A stretch of 64,000 bases of DNA from Promethearchaeota archaeon (GTDB lineage: Archaea; Asgardarchaeota; Lokiarchaeia; Sigyniarchaeales; SOKP01): positions 1-64,000 of the forward strand of contig JAUVNS010000013.1 of NCBI GenBank assembly GCA_030599585.1. Reading direction: 5' to 3'. The position numbers were made by a program, and so were the translations under genes. The notes beneath the pieces were generated by a model. That model was not told the origin of the DNA. It ran no database searches and saw nothing but the letters and a program-made list of their open reading frames with translations. Positions 37,278-47,270 of this stretch are shown here, piece by piece (position 1 is the first letter of the stretch; each line of letters begins with the position of its first letter).

Positions 37278-38609
37278 GTGAGGATATGTAAATTGAAACA
37301 AAAAATTTGCGTTGGTATCGTTTGTTTAGCTCGAAAAACCTTCGATTATAAAGCAGCTGAAGAAATTTACAGCAAAATTAACGAGGATTTAAAGAATAAA
37401 GAACAAGTTCAATGGGAAATCATCCCGGATTTGCTTATCGAAGTAGAAGACGCTCAAGACGCGGCTCACACATTAGTTTCCAAAGAAATTGATGCTTTAG
37501 TATGTATTAGTGGGACTTTCGCATTAGGACATTTAATTTTAGAACTAAATAAAGTTATCAAAAAACCAATTTTATTATGGGGATTAGAAGAATTACCTTA
37601 TGACGGTGGAAAAATTCGGCTTAATTCTGTGTGTGGGATTAACTTAAATGCAAGTAATCTGTATAAAGCGGGTGTTAAGAATTACCAAGTTGTAATTGGC
37701 AACCAAATTGATGATGATTGGTTGAATGCAATTCGTATCGTTAAAGCTTTTTCTACAAATCGCATAGGAATTATTGGCTATAGAGCTAAAGGATTTTTTA
37801 ACTTAGATGTAGATGAATTGGATTTGTATAAGCAGGTGGGAGTTCTCGTTGATCATTTCGAGTTAAATGAGATTTACAACTATGAAGTTAACCAAGATAA
37901 AATAGAAGAAAGGGTACAGCAAATTAATTCGATTTTTGATGTATCTGACGTATCGGAACAACAAATACTTAAAGTTGCCGAGCTCACTACAAAATTTAAA
38001 GGGTTTATGAATAAACATCGATTAGATGCTCTCGCTATAAGATGTTGGCCAGAGTTCGCCGGAAATTTTGGCATTTCGCCATGTGCTGCGATGTCAATTT
38101 TACAATCAGAGGATAGAATTTTGACATGCGAAGGCGATTTGTTAGGATCTCTTTCAATGTTAGCTCATCAAGCGATAGGTGGTGAAACTCCTTTCTTAGC
38201 TGATTTTTCGCAAGTAGATATAAAAGAAAACTTCGGACTTCTGTGGCATTGCGGCGTTGCAGCATGTAATTTGTGGGATGGAAAGTGCATAAGATCGTTA
38301 GATACTTATTTTGCAGGGGGAAAAGGGGTAACAGCTGATTTTGTAATGAAATCTGGAGAGATTTCAATGCTTAGAATTGATTATACACCCGGAGAATATA
38401 GAATATTTTTACAGAGAGCGAGGGGTATCCCAATGGATAAGGATCTAAAGGGAACCTATGTTAAAGTAAGATTTGAAGATAATGTAAAGGATGTTCTGGA
38501 TAAAATTATTCAGAATGGAATAGCTCATCATGTATCTATTGTTTACGGAGAATATATAAAACCTTTAGAGATTTTTGCAAAGTTAAAAGGATGGAATATA
38601 ATAAAATAA
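37278..38609 (+). CDS. sqvD: L-fucose/arabinose-isomerase-family protein, SQ isomerase-like (SqvD/SftI)
   Basis: RKTFD, RLNS, RCWPEF, CEGD, WHCG and HH motifs; lies between the SF-transaldolase and SQase genes. Start possibly TTG 37293. Confidence 0.72.
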   Translation: MRICKLKQKICVGIVCLARKTFDYKAAEEIYSKINEDLKNKEQVQWEIIPDLLIEVEDAQDAAHTLVSKEIDALVCISGTFALGHLILELNKVIKKPILLWGLEELPYDGGKIRLNSVCGINLNASNLYKAGVKNYQVVIGNQIDDDWLNAIRIVKAFSTNRIGIIGYRAKGFFNLDVDELDLYKQVGVLVDHFELNEIYNYEVNQDKIEERVQQINSIFDVSDVSEQQILKVAELTTKFKGFMNKHRLDALAIRCWPEFAGNFGISPCAAMSILQSEDRILTCEGDLLGSLSMLAHQAIGGETPFLADFSQVDIKENFGLLWHCGVAACNLWDGKCIRSLDTYFAGGKGVTADFVMKSGEISMLRIDYTPGEYRIFLQRARGIPMDKDLKGTYVKVRFEDNVKDVLDKIIQNGIAHHVSIVYGEYIKPLEIFAKLKGWNIIK

Positions 38610-38626
38610 CAAACTAAGGGCTATTT

Positions 38627-40600
38627 ATGTTAGAATTTAAAGAATTAGATAATGGTTTTAAGTTACTGTTTAAGAATTATTTATTCTTAACGCATAGTCA
38701 AGATAATCCTTGTTTCAAAATAGGAAAAGGGAAAGCAAGTTATAAAATACATCATGGTCATTTTAAAATTAGGGAAAAAGAATTAACTGAAATTCCTTTA
38801 AAAAACTTCAATATTTGTTCTAAGGATGAAAGCAAAGTAATTATAGAGTTCATTTCTGGAGAGGAAAAATTAAAAGTCACCTTTTTTGTGGAAAAAGATC
38901 ACTTTAAGATGCACTTTGATTGTCCAAATTCAGAAATTAATCGGTTTTGGATGAAATTGCAAGCTAAAACAGATGAAGCGATTCATGGTTGTGGAGAACA
39001 ATTTTCAGAAGTTAATTTAAGGGGTAAAGAAGTTCCTTTATGGGTTGAGGAGCAAGGAGTAGGACGAGGAGATCCACCAATTACTGGAGATTGGTATACT
39101 ACGTATCATCCACAACCTACTTTTGTGTCTTCTCAGAACTATTTCTGTCACTGTGCAAGCACAAGTTATGCGAAGTTCAATTTCATTGAAAAGAATTACC
39201 ATGAATTATATATTTGGAGCGTACCTAAAGAAATCACATTTGGTAAATTTGATTCAGCTCTTGAAACTGTAAGTAACCTTTCAAAGTTGTTAGGATTACA
39301 ACCCATATTACCCGATTGGGTGTACGATGGGGTTTGGTTAGGAATTCAAGGCGGAAAAGACATTGTAGAACAAAAAGTACAGAAATGCTTAGAAAAAAAA
39401 GTTAAAATTGCGGCAGTGTGGTGCCAAGATTGGCAAGGAATACACATGCAAGGCGCCCAGAAGAGGTTGATTTGGAACTGGGAATACGACGAGGATTTAT
39501 ACCCCGATTTACCGTCCTATATAAAAAGCTTAAATGGTAGAGGTATAAAATATCTTGGATATAATAATTCTATGCTAGCAAAAGGAGGTGAACAGTACAA
39601 CGACGCCCTCAACAAAGATTTATGTGTTAAAGATAAAAACGGAAACCAATACAAGATAATCACTGACACTGGGGAAAAATCTATGCTTGATCTTAGCAAT
39701 CCAAATGCACTCCTATGGTTTAAAGAAATTATAAAAGAAAATATGATAAAGATTGGATTGTCAGGATGGATGGCTGATTATGGAGAATATCTACCTATTG
39801 ATGCAGTACTATATTCTGGTGAAAGTCCCGAAACTTTTCACAATAAATACCCTGTAATATTTGCTAAAGTTAATTTAGAAGCAATACAAGAAACGAGAAA
39901 AGAAGGAGAAATTGTATTTTTCACTAGAGCCGGTTATTCAAATATATCAAGATACACAACTTCAGTTTGGGCAGGCGATCAGTTAATAGATTGGAGTTTG
40001 GGTGATGGTTTAGGAACTGTTATTCCAGCAGGTATTTCTATTGGAATCTGTGGGATAGGGTATTACCATTTTGATATTGGCGGATTTCACAGTCTCGAAA
40101 ATTATATTCGAACTAAAGAAATGTTTATGCGTTGGACAGAGGCAAGCGTTTTTACGATGGTTATGCGTACTCATGAAAGTATAAAACCATTTGATAATTT
40201 ACAATTTGATTACGATGAAGAAACGCTTGAGCATTTCGCTAAAATGATAGACATACACGTTCAGCTTAAACCATATTTAAAACATCTCTCTGACGAATAC
40301 CAGAAAAAGGGGATATCGCCATTCAGAGGGTGTTTTTTACATTATGAAAACGATCATGAATTGCATAATCTCAAATACCAGTACTTACTTGGTTCTGAAT
40401 TACTGATAGCTCCCGTAATTAAGCAAGATAAAAAAAAATGGGAAATATATTTTCCTGACGATGTTTGGATTCATATTTGGACAGGAAAAGAGTACCTTAA
40501 AGGATGGAACAATGTAGATGCCCCTATTGGGCAACCACCCGTTTTTTACAGAAAAAATTCCAGCTTCAAAAATCTTTTCCAGACTTTTAGGGAGTACTAA
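38627..40600 (+). CDS. yihQ: GH31 sulfoquinovosidase (YihQ-like)
   Basis: GCGEQFS, EQGVGR, PQPTFVS, LGIQGG, QDW.G, KRLIWNW (sulfonate Arg/Trp), GWMADYGEYLP (nucleophile), WAGDQ (acid/base), MRTHE. Confidence 0.85.
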   Translation: MLEFKELDNGFKLLFKNYLFLTHSQDNPCFKIGKGKASYKIHHGHFKIREKELTEIPLKNFNICSKDESKVIIEFISGEEKLKVTFFVEKDHFKMHFDCPNSEINRFWMKLQAKTDEAIHGCGEQFSEVNLRGKEVPLWVEEQGVGRGDPPITGDWYTTYHPQPTFVSSQNYFCHCASTSYAKFNFIEKNYHELYIWSVPKEITFGKFDSALETVSNLSKLLGLQPILPDWVYDGVWLGIQGGKDIVEQKVQKCLEKKVKIAAVWCQDWQGIHMQGAQKRLIWNWEYDEDLYPDLPSYIKSLNGRGIKYLGYNNSMLAKGGEQYNDALNKDLCVKDKNGNQYKIITDTGEKSMLDLSNPNALLWFKEIIKENMIKIGLSGWMADYGEYLPIDAVLYSGESPETFHNKYPVIFAKVNLEAIQETRKEGEIVFFTRAGYSNISRYTTSVWAGDQLIDWSLGDGLGTVIPAGISIGICGIGYYHFDIGGFHSLENYIRTKEMFMRWTEASVFTMVMRTHESIKPFDNLQFDYDEETLEHFAKMIDIHVQLKPYLKHLSDEYQKKGISPFRGCFLHYENDHELHNLKYQYLLGSELLIAPVIKQDKKKWEIYFPDDVWIHIWTGKEYLKGWNNVDAPIGQPPVFYRKNSSFKNLFQTFREY

Positions 40601-40633
40601 TTTTTTTTAATACTATACAATGGTATAGTATTA
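40601..40633. terminator. T8 tract plus perfect 11-bp inverted repeat between convergent genes
   Basis: TAATACTATAC-AATG-GTATAGTATTA at 40608-40633, directly after the SQase stop. Confidence 0.5.
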
Positions 40634-40695
40634 CATCCCATATCACTCATTTACTCTTTACTTATAAGATTTTATTTAAATAAAAAAAAAAAGGT

Positions 40696-43600
40696 TTAAT
40701 TATTTAATTTTAGGTTTTTTCTTTTCAGAAGGATTATCGAAATTCCAACTGAAAATAGAATTAGCAGTAGTGGGCTATAACCAGGTATTTCTGTTGTTGG
40801 ATCAGTCAAGTTAAAGATTTCAAAATATTCACTATCATCAAAAGTTCCAGGATATTCCGCATCACTTATTCTTATTTGATATAAATCAGAACTTTCTAAA
40901 AGAAGAGATATCTCCCAGCTAAACTCACCATCATTAGGGGTGCTAGGATCGATTATTGCTACGAATGTCCCATTCTTATAAAGATCAATTCTTACGCCTG
41001 CAATATTTCCCTCTGAATTCCAATAGACATCTTTAGATAATCCAGCTAGCCAAATGCTAGAATTATCAGGTGTAGTAACATTAATGGATGCGATGTAGAA
41101 AGTAGGATCGTAAAGTATTAAGTTTTCTAGTAATCTAGTATAGTTTTTATTATGGTTCCATTCCAGTGGTTGATTAGTTGCTATGAAAAAGCCATTTCCG
41201 AATTCAAATTCAACGAGCACAGGATTCAATGTATTTCCATCGAGTAATATTTCTTTTGCCCCTACAGGATAAGTATTATAGTATCCATGTGACGAATACA
41301 ACCAATTATCCAATTCGTCGTCTTCAATTAACGAAGGAGCCAGTAATACGGGGTGGTGTTGCAGATTTATAGAAACATTCTGAATAGTGGTAAAAGTTTT
41401 ATTTAATCCCCCTGGCAACAAGTATGTTTCATTCCAATAGCCCAAAGCAGAACCTCCATCAGCAGTTGAAAGCATTATTATGCCTCCATTAGCAACATAA
41501 GATTCAAACCAAGCAGTGTTAGTAACCAACCTATCATAGAACAATTGACTCTGATCTGAAGAAATTACTACTTTTTGATAAGAGGATAAATCTACCACGC
41601 CCATATCTGACGAGTTATACATCATATACGAAAGATCATTATCAACCAGTATTGGTTCAGTTACATTTAGACCCCAAGGAGCTCCATCCTGAAAAATAGC
41701 TACAGGACCAGTGATAGGTTCGAATGTTATATCAAGGTAAAAATACAGATAGTCGTCGTCTCCACGCCAGTTTATATAATCAACTTGAGAATCCATTACA
41801 AATGTAGGATGGGATACATTTACAGTCCACCACCCTATTAGCAATCCAGTTATGTTATAGAACCCAGAGCTATCAGTAAATCCCTCATCAACTAATTCTC
41901 CACTTGTAGTATTAAAGCACCTAACATAAGCGTCTGGAATAGGATTGTAGTTATATGCATCATACACTCTTACTTCGATCCATCCAGGAGGTTTAAGTTC
42001 CAGGTAAAATGTGATGTAGTCGTCGTCCCCGTTCCAATTGATGTAATTATCTTTAGAATCGCCACCGTAATCCGAATGGGAAACCTCTATGGTATACCAA
42101 CCAATGTATAATCCTGTTACATTAAATATCCCAGAATTGTCAGTATATCCACTCGTAAAGTATGTTCCATTCAAGTAGTTACAAACAACGAGCACATTCT
42201 CAATGGGGAGTAGCGTATCGTCATCTTTCACTGTAACTTCGATATAACCACTATCAGGTGGCATCTCGTCTAAATAGTAAGTCAAGTAATCGTCATCTCC
42301 AGCCCAATTAATATAGGTTTGTTTAGTTTGTCCATGATATCCGTTTCTTGTGACTTCAACAGAGTACCAACCTATTGTTAAGCCGGTAACTTTATAGAAT
42401 CCTGAACTATCCGTATATCCTGTATCGATGACTAAACTCGATGTTACATTAGTAACTTCTACATATGCACTTGAAATTCCTAAATATGAAACCGAATCAA
42501 ATACATTTACATCAATATATCCACTATCTGGAGGTAAGACATCAAGATAAAACGTAAGATAGTCGTCGTCACCTCTCCAATTTATATAATTTGACCTAGA
42601 TTGTTCAGCATACCCTACATGAGAGACATTAACAACATACCACCCAATAACCAGTCCAGTTACGTTATAAAATCCTGAACTGTCAGTGAATCCGAAACCA
42701 TGGAAAGTTCCATTATCGTGCCAAACATCCACACGAACGCTCGGTTTTGGTCCTCCTGTTTCATTGTATACCCTTACTTCTATGTAGCCACTATCAACAG
42801 GTTTTTGAACTAAGAAAAAGGTCAGATAATCGTCATCGTAATTCCAGTTAATATAATTTTGCTTCGTTTGTGTAGCATACCCTACTTTTGATACAGTCAC
42901 CTCATACCATCCAATCCACAGCCCTGTAGCATTATAGAACCCCGCACCATTAGTATATCCCGTTTGGATCACCAGACCCGAGGACATATTAACAACTTGG
43001 ACATAAGCACTAACGATGGGATTAGATGTAGAACTATCCTTAACATTCACTTCGATCCAACTTGAATCAGGTGCTTGAGGAACTAAGTAAAAGTAAAGGT
43101 AGTCGTCATCATAGCCTTTAGCAAGATTGTGAATGGTGTTGAATTTAGTTTGAGGCACATAACCATTTTTAGTCACTTTTACATCGTAACTTCCAACAGC
43201 TAAGTTGGTAATGTTGTAAAATCCGTTACTATCAGTATATCCCGAATCAACAAGAGTCGTAGTTCCAGCTTCGTAGCATTTAACATAAGCGCTTGAAAGG
43301 TAAACGGATGTATCACTATCTCTTACTCGTACTTCTATATAACTAATGTCGGGATTTAGTCCAGTTACAGTGACTGGTGTGCTATGATGACCCTTGTTAT
43401 TCCCTTCGTCGAATTCGTCCACGTTATCGTTTTTATCAATAATCCAACCAATGTAATAAGATCCACCTGGAATATCTGGAAAGGTTCCAACCCAAGTCGC
43501 AGCGTCTGTTCCGAAAGCGGGAGTTGATTCTGCTGAACTTGTTCCAATATAGTAATCCGATGTTGAAATGTAATCGTTTGTTGAGGCATAGTAATGAACA

Positions 43601-44895
43601 TAATAAGTACCAGAAGAAGCTGTTCCAACATTTCGAATATTACTATCTATATCAATACTGTCAACTCCGGCTGTAACCGTATAATCGTTAACAGCTGAAC
43701 CACCGTTGTCTATTAAATCGGCTTTATCTGTAGGAGCAGAATCCGCAGCTAACCAAGTAAAAATTCTATCATACTTATCAGTATTTAGTCTAGTCCCATA
43801 GTTTGCATCTGGATTTCCAGGACCATATGCATGCGTAGTCATTATGTATCGAGATCCACTTTCATATCTCCATACTGGTCCTCCACTCTCTCCAGGCCCA
43901 GTATCGGCCCAGTAAAAGTGATTATTGGTGGTAGCACCATCTCCATTATTGTCGTCCCATACTAAACGGTTACCACTCGCAAAATCACCCGGATAACCCG
44001 CGACATTCATAAGTTGGTCATATATTGCGCTTCCCGAACCAGCAGTCATTCGTCCCATCCAACCTGTAAAACTGCCAATATTTCGATCAAGAGTAAGAAC
44101 GGCCCAATCGTGTTGTGCGCTTCCACTTACTGTCCATCCCGTATAGGATCGCATATTTGTAACCCATGCAGAGCCATATGGATCAGAGGGTGTATCCGAA
44201 GTGTCCATTGCAGCAACTACCTCTATATTTGTGGCCCATCCTTCATTGGGACCATCACGTAAATAAGCACAGTGGCCCGCCGTTAAAATGTGAAAATTAT
44301 CGATCACTGCTCCTGAACCAGAATAAGTGCCACCCCAAGGAGCTGACATGTATAATTTAACTATGGTTCTCCATGGAAATACGTTTTGATTTGTGATGAC
44401 TGATCGTTGATCTCCAGGTGGGTTATCCGTAACTGCTTCAGCCCCACCTCCAGCCAGAAGTCCAGCATATGGTTCAACTTTCATAATTTCTGCAGAAGAT
44501 TCAGGTTTAGGAGTGAATTGTGGAGTAGTTATAGTCTCTATTCCAGTTAAAGCGTTATATGAGGCAGTTTCAATGCCGCCTACGCCTGATTCACTATCGT
44601 ATGGATTATATATCAATGTTTCACCAACAGGCTTCCATTCAAAGACGTTCCTATCGTAAGTTGATTCAGGGTTTTCTTCACCATAAAAATCTAGTTCATT
44701 ATATTGTTCATTTATTACAAATTCCTCGTCAATCGAGGATTGATCTGAATCAAAATTACCATCTAACTCTATAATATCCTCACTTTGTTCATCAAAAGGA
44801 TTGAAAGTTATAGCACTCGAAAAGAAAGATATAATCAGAAGTCCTAAGAAAATCAAAGATATAGCTTGTGTTGATTTGTTTTTTTTAATTAACAT
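40696..44895 (-). CDS. Cell-anchored S1 (V8/glutamyl-endopeptidase-like) serine protease with CARDB-like domain, six carboxypeptidase-regulatory-like repeats, Ig-like domain and Loki-CTERM-type anchor
   Basis: Signal peptide; triad ILTAGHC / HDWAVL / DTGPGESGGP; six ~90-aa repeats ending DDDY(L/I)xFxL; IPGY + hydrophobic helix + KRK at the C-terminus. Confidence 0.88.
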   Translation of the reverse strand: MLIKKNKSTQAISLIFLGLLIISFFSSAITFNPFDEQSEDIIELDGNFDSDQSSIDEEFVINEQYNELDFYGEENPESTYDRNVFEWKPVGETLIYNPYDSESGVGGIETASYNALTGIETITTPQFTPKPESSAEIMKVEPYAGLLAGGGAEAVTDNPPGDQRSVITNQNVFPWRTIVKLYMSAPWGGTYSGSGAVIDNFHILTAGHCAYLRDGPNEGWATNIEVVAAMDTSDTPSDPYGSAWVTNMRSYTGWTVSGSAQHDWAVLTLDRNIGSFTGWMGRMTAGSGSAIYDQLMNVAGYPGDFASGNRLVWDDNNGDGATTNNHFYWADTGPGESGGPVWRYESGSRYIMTTHAYGPGNPDANYGTRLNTDKYDRIFTWLAADSAPTDKADLIDNGGSAVNDYTVTAGVDSIDIDSNIRNVGTASSGTYYVHYYASTNDYISTSDYYIGTSSAESTPAFGTDAATWVGTFPDIPGGSYYIGWIIDKNDNVDEFDEGNNKGHHSTPVTVTGLNPDISYIEVRVRDSDTSVYLSSAYVKCYEAGTTTLVDSGYTDSNGFYNITNLAVGSYDVKVTKNGYVPQTKFNTIHNLAKGYDDDYLYFYLVPQAPDSSWIEVNVKDSSTSNPIVSAYVQVVNMSSGLVIQTGYTNGAGFYNATGLWIGWYEVTVSKVGYATQTKQNYINWNYDDDYLTFFLVQKPVDSGYIEVRVYNETGGPKPSVRVDVWHDNGTFHGFGFTDSSGFYNVTGLVIGWYVVNVSHVGYAEQSRSNYINWRGDDDYLTFYLDVLPPDSGYIDVNVFDSVSYLGISSAYVEVTNVTSSLVIDTGYTDSSGFYKVTGLTIGWYSVEVTRNGYHGQTKQTYINWAGDDDYLTYYLDEMPPDSGYIEVTVKDDDTLLPIENVLVVCNYLNGTYFTSGYTDNSGIFNVTGLYIGWYTIEVSHSDYGGDSKDNYINWNGDDDYITFYLELKPPGWIEVRVYDAYNYNPIPDAYVRCFNTTSGELVDEGFTDSSGFYNITGLLIGWWTVNVSHPTFVMDSQVDYINWRGDDDYLYFYLDITFEPITGPVAIFQDGAPWGLNVTEPILVDNDLSYMMYNSSDMGVVDLSSYQKVVISSDQSQLFYDRLVTNTAWFESYVANGGIIMLSTADGGSALGYWNETYLLPGGLNKTFTTIQNVSINLQHHPVLLAPSLIEDDELDNWLYSSHGYYNTYPVGAKEILLDGNTLNPVLVEFEFGNGFFIATNQPLEWNHNKNYTRLLENLILYDPTFYIASINVTTPDNSSIWLAGLSKDVYWNSEGNIAGVRIDLYKNGTFVAIIDPSTPNDGEFSWEISLLLESSDLYQIRISDAEYPGTFDDSEYFEIFNLTDPTTEIPGYSPLLLILFSVGISIILLKRKNLKLNN

Positions 44896-44922
44896 TTTTT
44901 TTAACCCTTTTTTGTAGATTAG

Positions 44923-44948
44923 ATTTCGTATTATGAAAAATACGAAAT
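44923..44948. promoter_or_regulatory. 10-bp inverted repeat, candidate operator upstream of the protease gene
   Basis: ATTTCGTATT-ATGAAA-AATACGAAAT, 27 nt upstream of the ATG. Confidence 0.35.
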
Positions 44949-45252
44949 TAAAATATACATAGAATTTGAGAATTTAAATATTTGCGATAATAGATGAGAA
45001 TTTGAACACTTATTGATAATTTTTGTACACTAAATGCTTTTAAATTACATTTTTGGCTCTTTTATGAATACCTATTCGATAATTATAATATTTAAGAACA
45101 AAAATTAGTCAACTTTGTCGTTGGATTATCTTAGAAATTACAACTCACATTCAAAATTGAATCTAGATAATTTTTTTATTCGAAAGTTGATTAACATAGT
45201 ATTATAAAAAGATAAATTTAACACCATAGCAATAAGATAAATATTATTTAAT

Positions 45253-45486
45253 ATGAGACCGCCAATTTGTTGTATTTGCGATAAAAAGTTAGACTACCCT
45301 AATGATGGTGGACTAATATATTTTAAGAAAAGAGCATCAGATATAGAATGGGGAAATATGATGGAAAGAGAGGGAATGGTAGGTCATCCCCCTTTTGCAG
45401 AGTGGTTTTGTGGAGACCATTATAAAAAAGCGTTTGAACTAAAAGATTTAACAATAGATAAGGCTATGAAACATTTACAACCCTAA
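45253..45486 (+). CDS. Small Cys/His Zn-binding hypothetical protein
   Basis: MRPPICCIC ... GHP...WFCGDH; 77 aa. Confidence 0.7.
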   Translation: MRPPICCICDKKLDYPNDGGLIYFKKRASDIEWGNMMEREGMVGHPPFAEWFCGDHYKKAFELKDLTIDKAMKHLQP

Positions 45487-46629
45487 TTCCAATATTACAT
45501 CTTTCGGCTCATCGCGTAGTGTTGCTTGCGCAGAAAAAGGACTACCTCCACCTTTGCCCCCAAATTTTTTCAATAGCTTTTGTAATACTTCGTTGGCTCT
45601 CGCTTTTTCGGTATTTGAAAGAATTCGAATTTTGTTATTTTCTTCTAAAATAAGTAGTAGGTAATCTTTTGGAAAATCTTTAAAGGATTTTTGGATATTC
45701 TTATAGTCAAAATCCATCCTTATGCATCCAATTTTCACGTCATTTAGTATTTTTTTAGGATTCTGCGAGACAAGTTGCAATACTGTATTAGCTAGTATTT
45801 CGTAATTCTGTTGAACTACTAACTTTTTATCTAATTGTTTCTGGAAGTTTTCTACAATATCTATGGCGGGTAGGTTTAAGTTTCGACCGTAATTTAAAAT
45901 GCGATAGTTATCAGTTGTAAGTTGATTTAACGCTTTCGAGCCAACTATGAATTTGAAATTAGTTCCTTTGTTGAATTCATAAACAAAAATAGGTCCAATT
46001 TCTGAAGTATTTTTCACATGTGTCCCACCGCAACAAATTAAATCGTAATTTTTAAGCTCTACTAATCTGACTTTACCTTGCTCTGGAATCTTTCCGCGAA
46101 TTTGCTTTTCTTCATTATCGATTTCATCTCTATGAACAACCTTAGTTTGAAATTCATGGTTTTCAATAGTACATATTCGATTAAATTCCTTTAATACTTC
46201 TATAAATTGATCGTCACTTATGCTATGTGCGATTTGAAGTGAAACATCTTCAAATGAAATAGTCGCATGGGTTGTATCAATATCAAATTTGTTTTTGATA
46301 AGAGCTGATATGATGTGCTGTGACGAATGTGCTCGCATTACTCCGTATCTATAATTCCAGTCGATTTCTCCAGTGATAAGATCCCCAATTTTTATTTTAT
46401 TCTCGACATTAGAGGAGATATGATGTATGATCTCATTTTCCTCTTTAGAGACCGTTTCGACTTTTAAGATCAACCCTTCTTTATCTAACATTCCTTTATC
46501 GCTTACCTGTCCCCCACCTTGAGGATAAAAGAGAGTCCTGTCTAAAATTATTCCTTCTCTTTTCACACCAATAACTTTTGCTTTAAACGATGTTTCGTAA
46601 GGAGTTTTCCAGTATAATTTTTCAGTCAT
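45475..46629 (-). CDS. alaX: Alanyl-tRNA editing protein (AlaX with C-terminal DHHA1/C-Ala domain)
   Basis: LDRTLFYPQGGGQVSDKG, HSSQH, CGGTH, GGKGGG. Confidence 0.88.
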   Translation of the reverse strand: MTEKLYWKTPYETSFKAKVIGVKREGIILDRTLFYPQGGGQVSDKGMLDKEGLILKVETVSKEENEIIHHISSNVENKIKIGDLITGEIDWNYRYGVMRAHSSQHIISALIKNKFDIDTTHATISFEDVSLQIAHSISDDQFIEVLKEFNRICTIENHEFQTKVVHRDEIDNEEKQIRGKIPEQGKVRLVELKNYDLICCGGTHVKNTSEIGPIFVYEFNKGTNFKFIVGSKALNQLTTDNYRILNYGRNLNLPAIDIVENFQKQLDKKLVVQQNYEILANTVLQLVSQNPKKILNDVKIGCIRMDFDYKNIQKSFKDFPKDYLLLILEENNKIRILSNTEKARANEVLQKLLKKFGGKGGGSPFSAQATLRDEPKDVILELGL

Positions 46630-46814
46630 TTTTTTTCACTTCGTGAAACGTTTCTTTTACGATCGATTCGATATATGTCTATATTATCTAAATGCATATT
46701 GCCATATTATTTAACAAGAATTTAATGTTAATTTTTTAAGAAAATTTATATACAAAAAAGACAAAATTATAATGATCCAATTTTAAAGAAAATTACAAAA
46801 AGTGAAAAAGGAAC

Positions 46815-47222
46815 ATGTTAGATAATATTGATCTTAAATTAAAGTTAAAAATAATGTATATCCTAACTATCGTTTTAGCAGGAGGCATTGGACTAATGAT
46901 GCTTATATCGCCAAGTTTTACAATGGCTCTGTTTTCACAACCAGCTCAAGATTTATACATTTATGGGGTTGCAGCAGCTATATGGACTGCATTTGGATTA
47001 TTAGCAATTTTAGGATTGCGTGACCCCATCAAATATATTCCTATACTTCTATTTCAGTTGATTTATAAGTTAATTTGGGTATTTGCTGTCTTTTTACCTA
47101 ATGTAATAGTTGGTGGAGTACGTTTTGATACTATTACATCATTGCTAGTTTTCATACTTTTTATTGTCGGAGATTTTCTTACAATACCGTTCAAAGATTT
47201 TTTTGGAAAGAAACCGGATTAG
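46815..47222 (+). CDS. Small 4-TM membrane protein
   Basis: Four hydrophobic segments; QLIYKLIW. Confidence 0.75.
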   Translation: MLDNIDLKLKLKIMYILTIVLAGGIGLMMLISPSFTMALFSQPAQDLYIYGVAAAIWTAFGLLAILGLRDPIKYIPILLFQLIYKLIWVFAVFLPNVIVGGVRFDTITSLLVFILFIVGDFLTIPFKDFFGKKPD

Positions 47223-47270
47223 GAATTTCTGCTAAAATACAAATTTAAATTATTATTATCTTTTTTTATA

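Noticed and set aside
36600-38609. Housekeeping pentose-phosphate transaldolase plus L-fucose catabolism
   Set aside because: No fuculokinase, fuculose aldolase or transketolase is adjacent. Subfamily motifs and linkage to a YihQ-type GH31 fit sulfoquinovose catabolism better.
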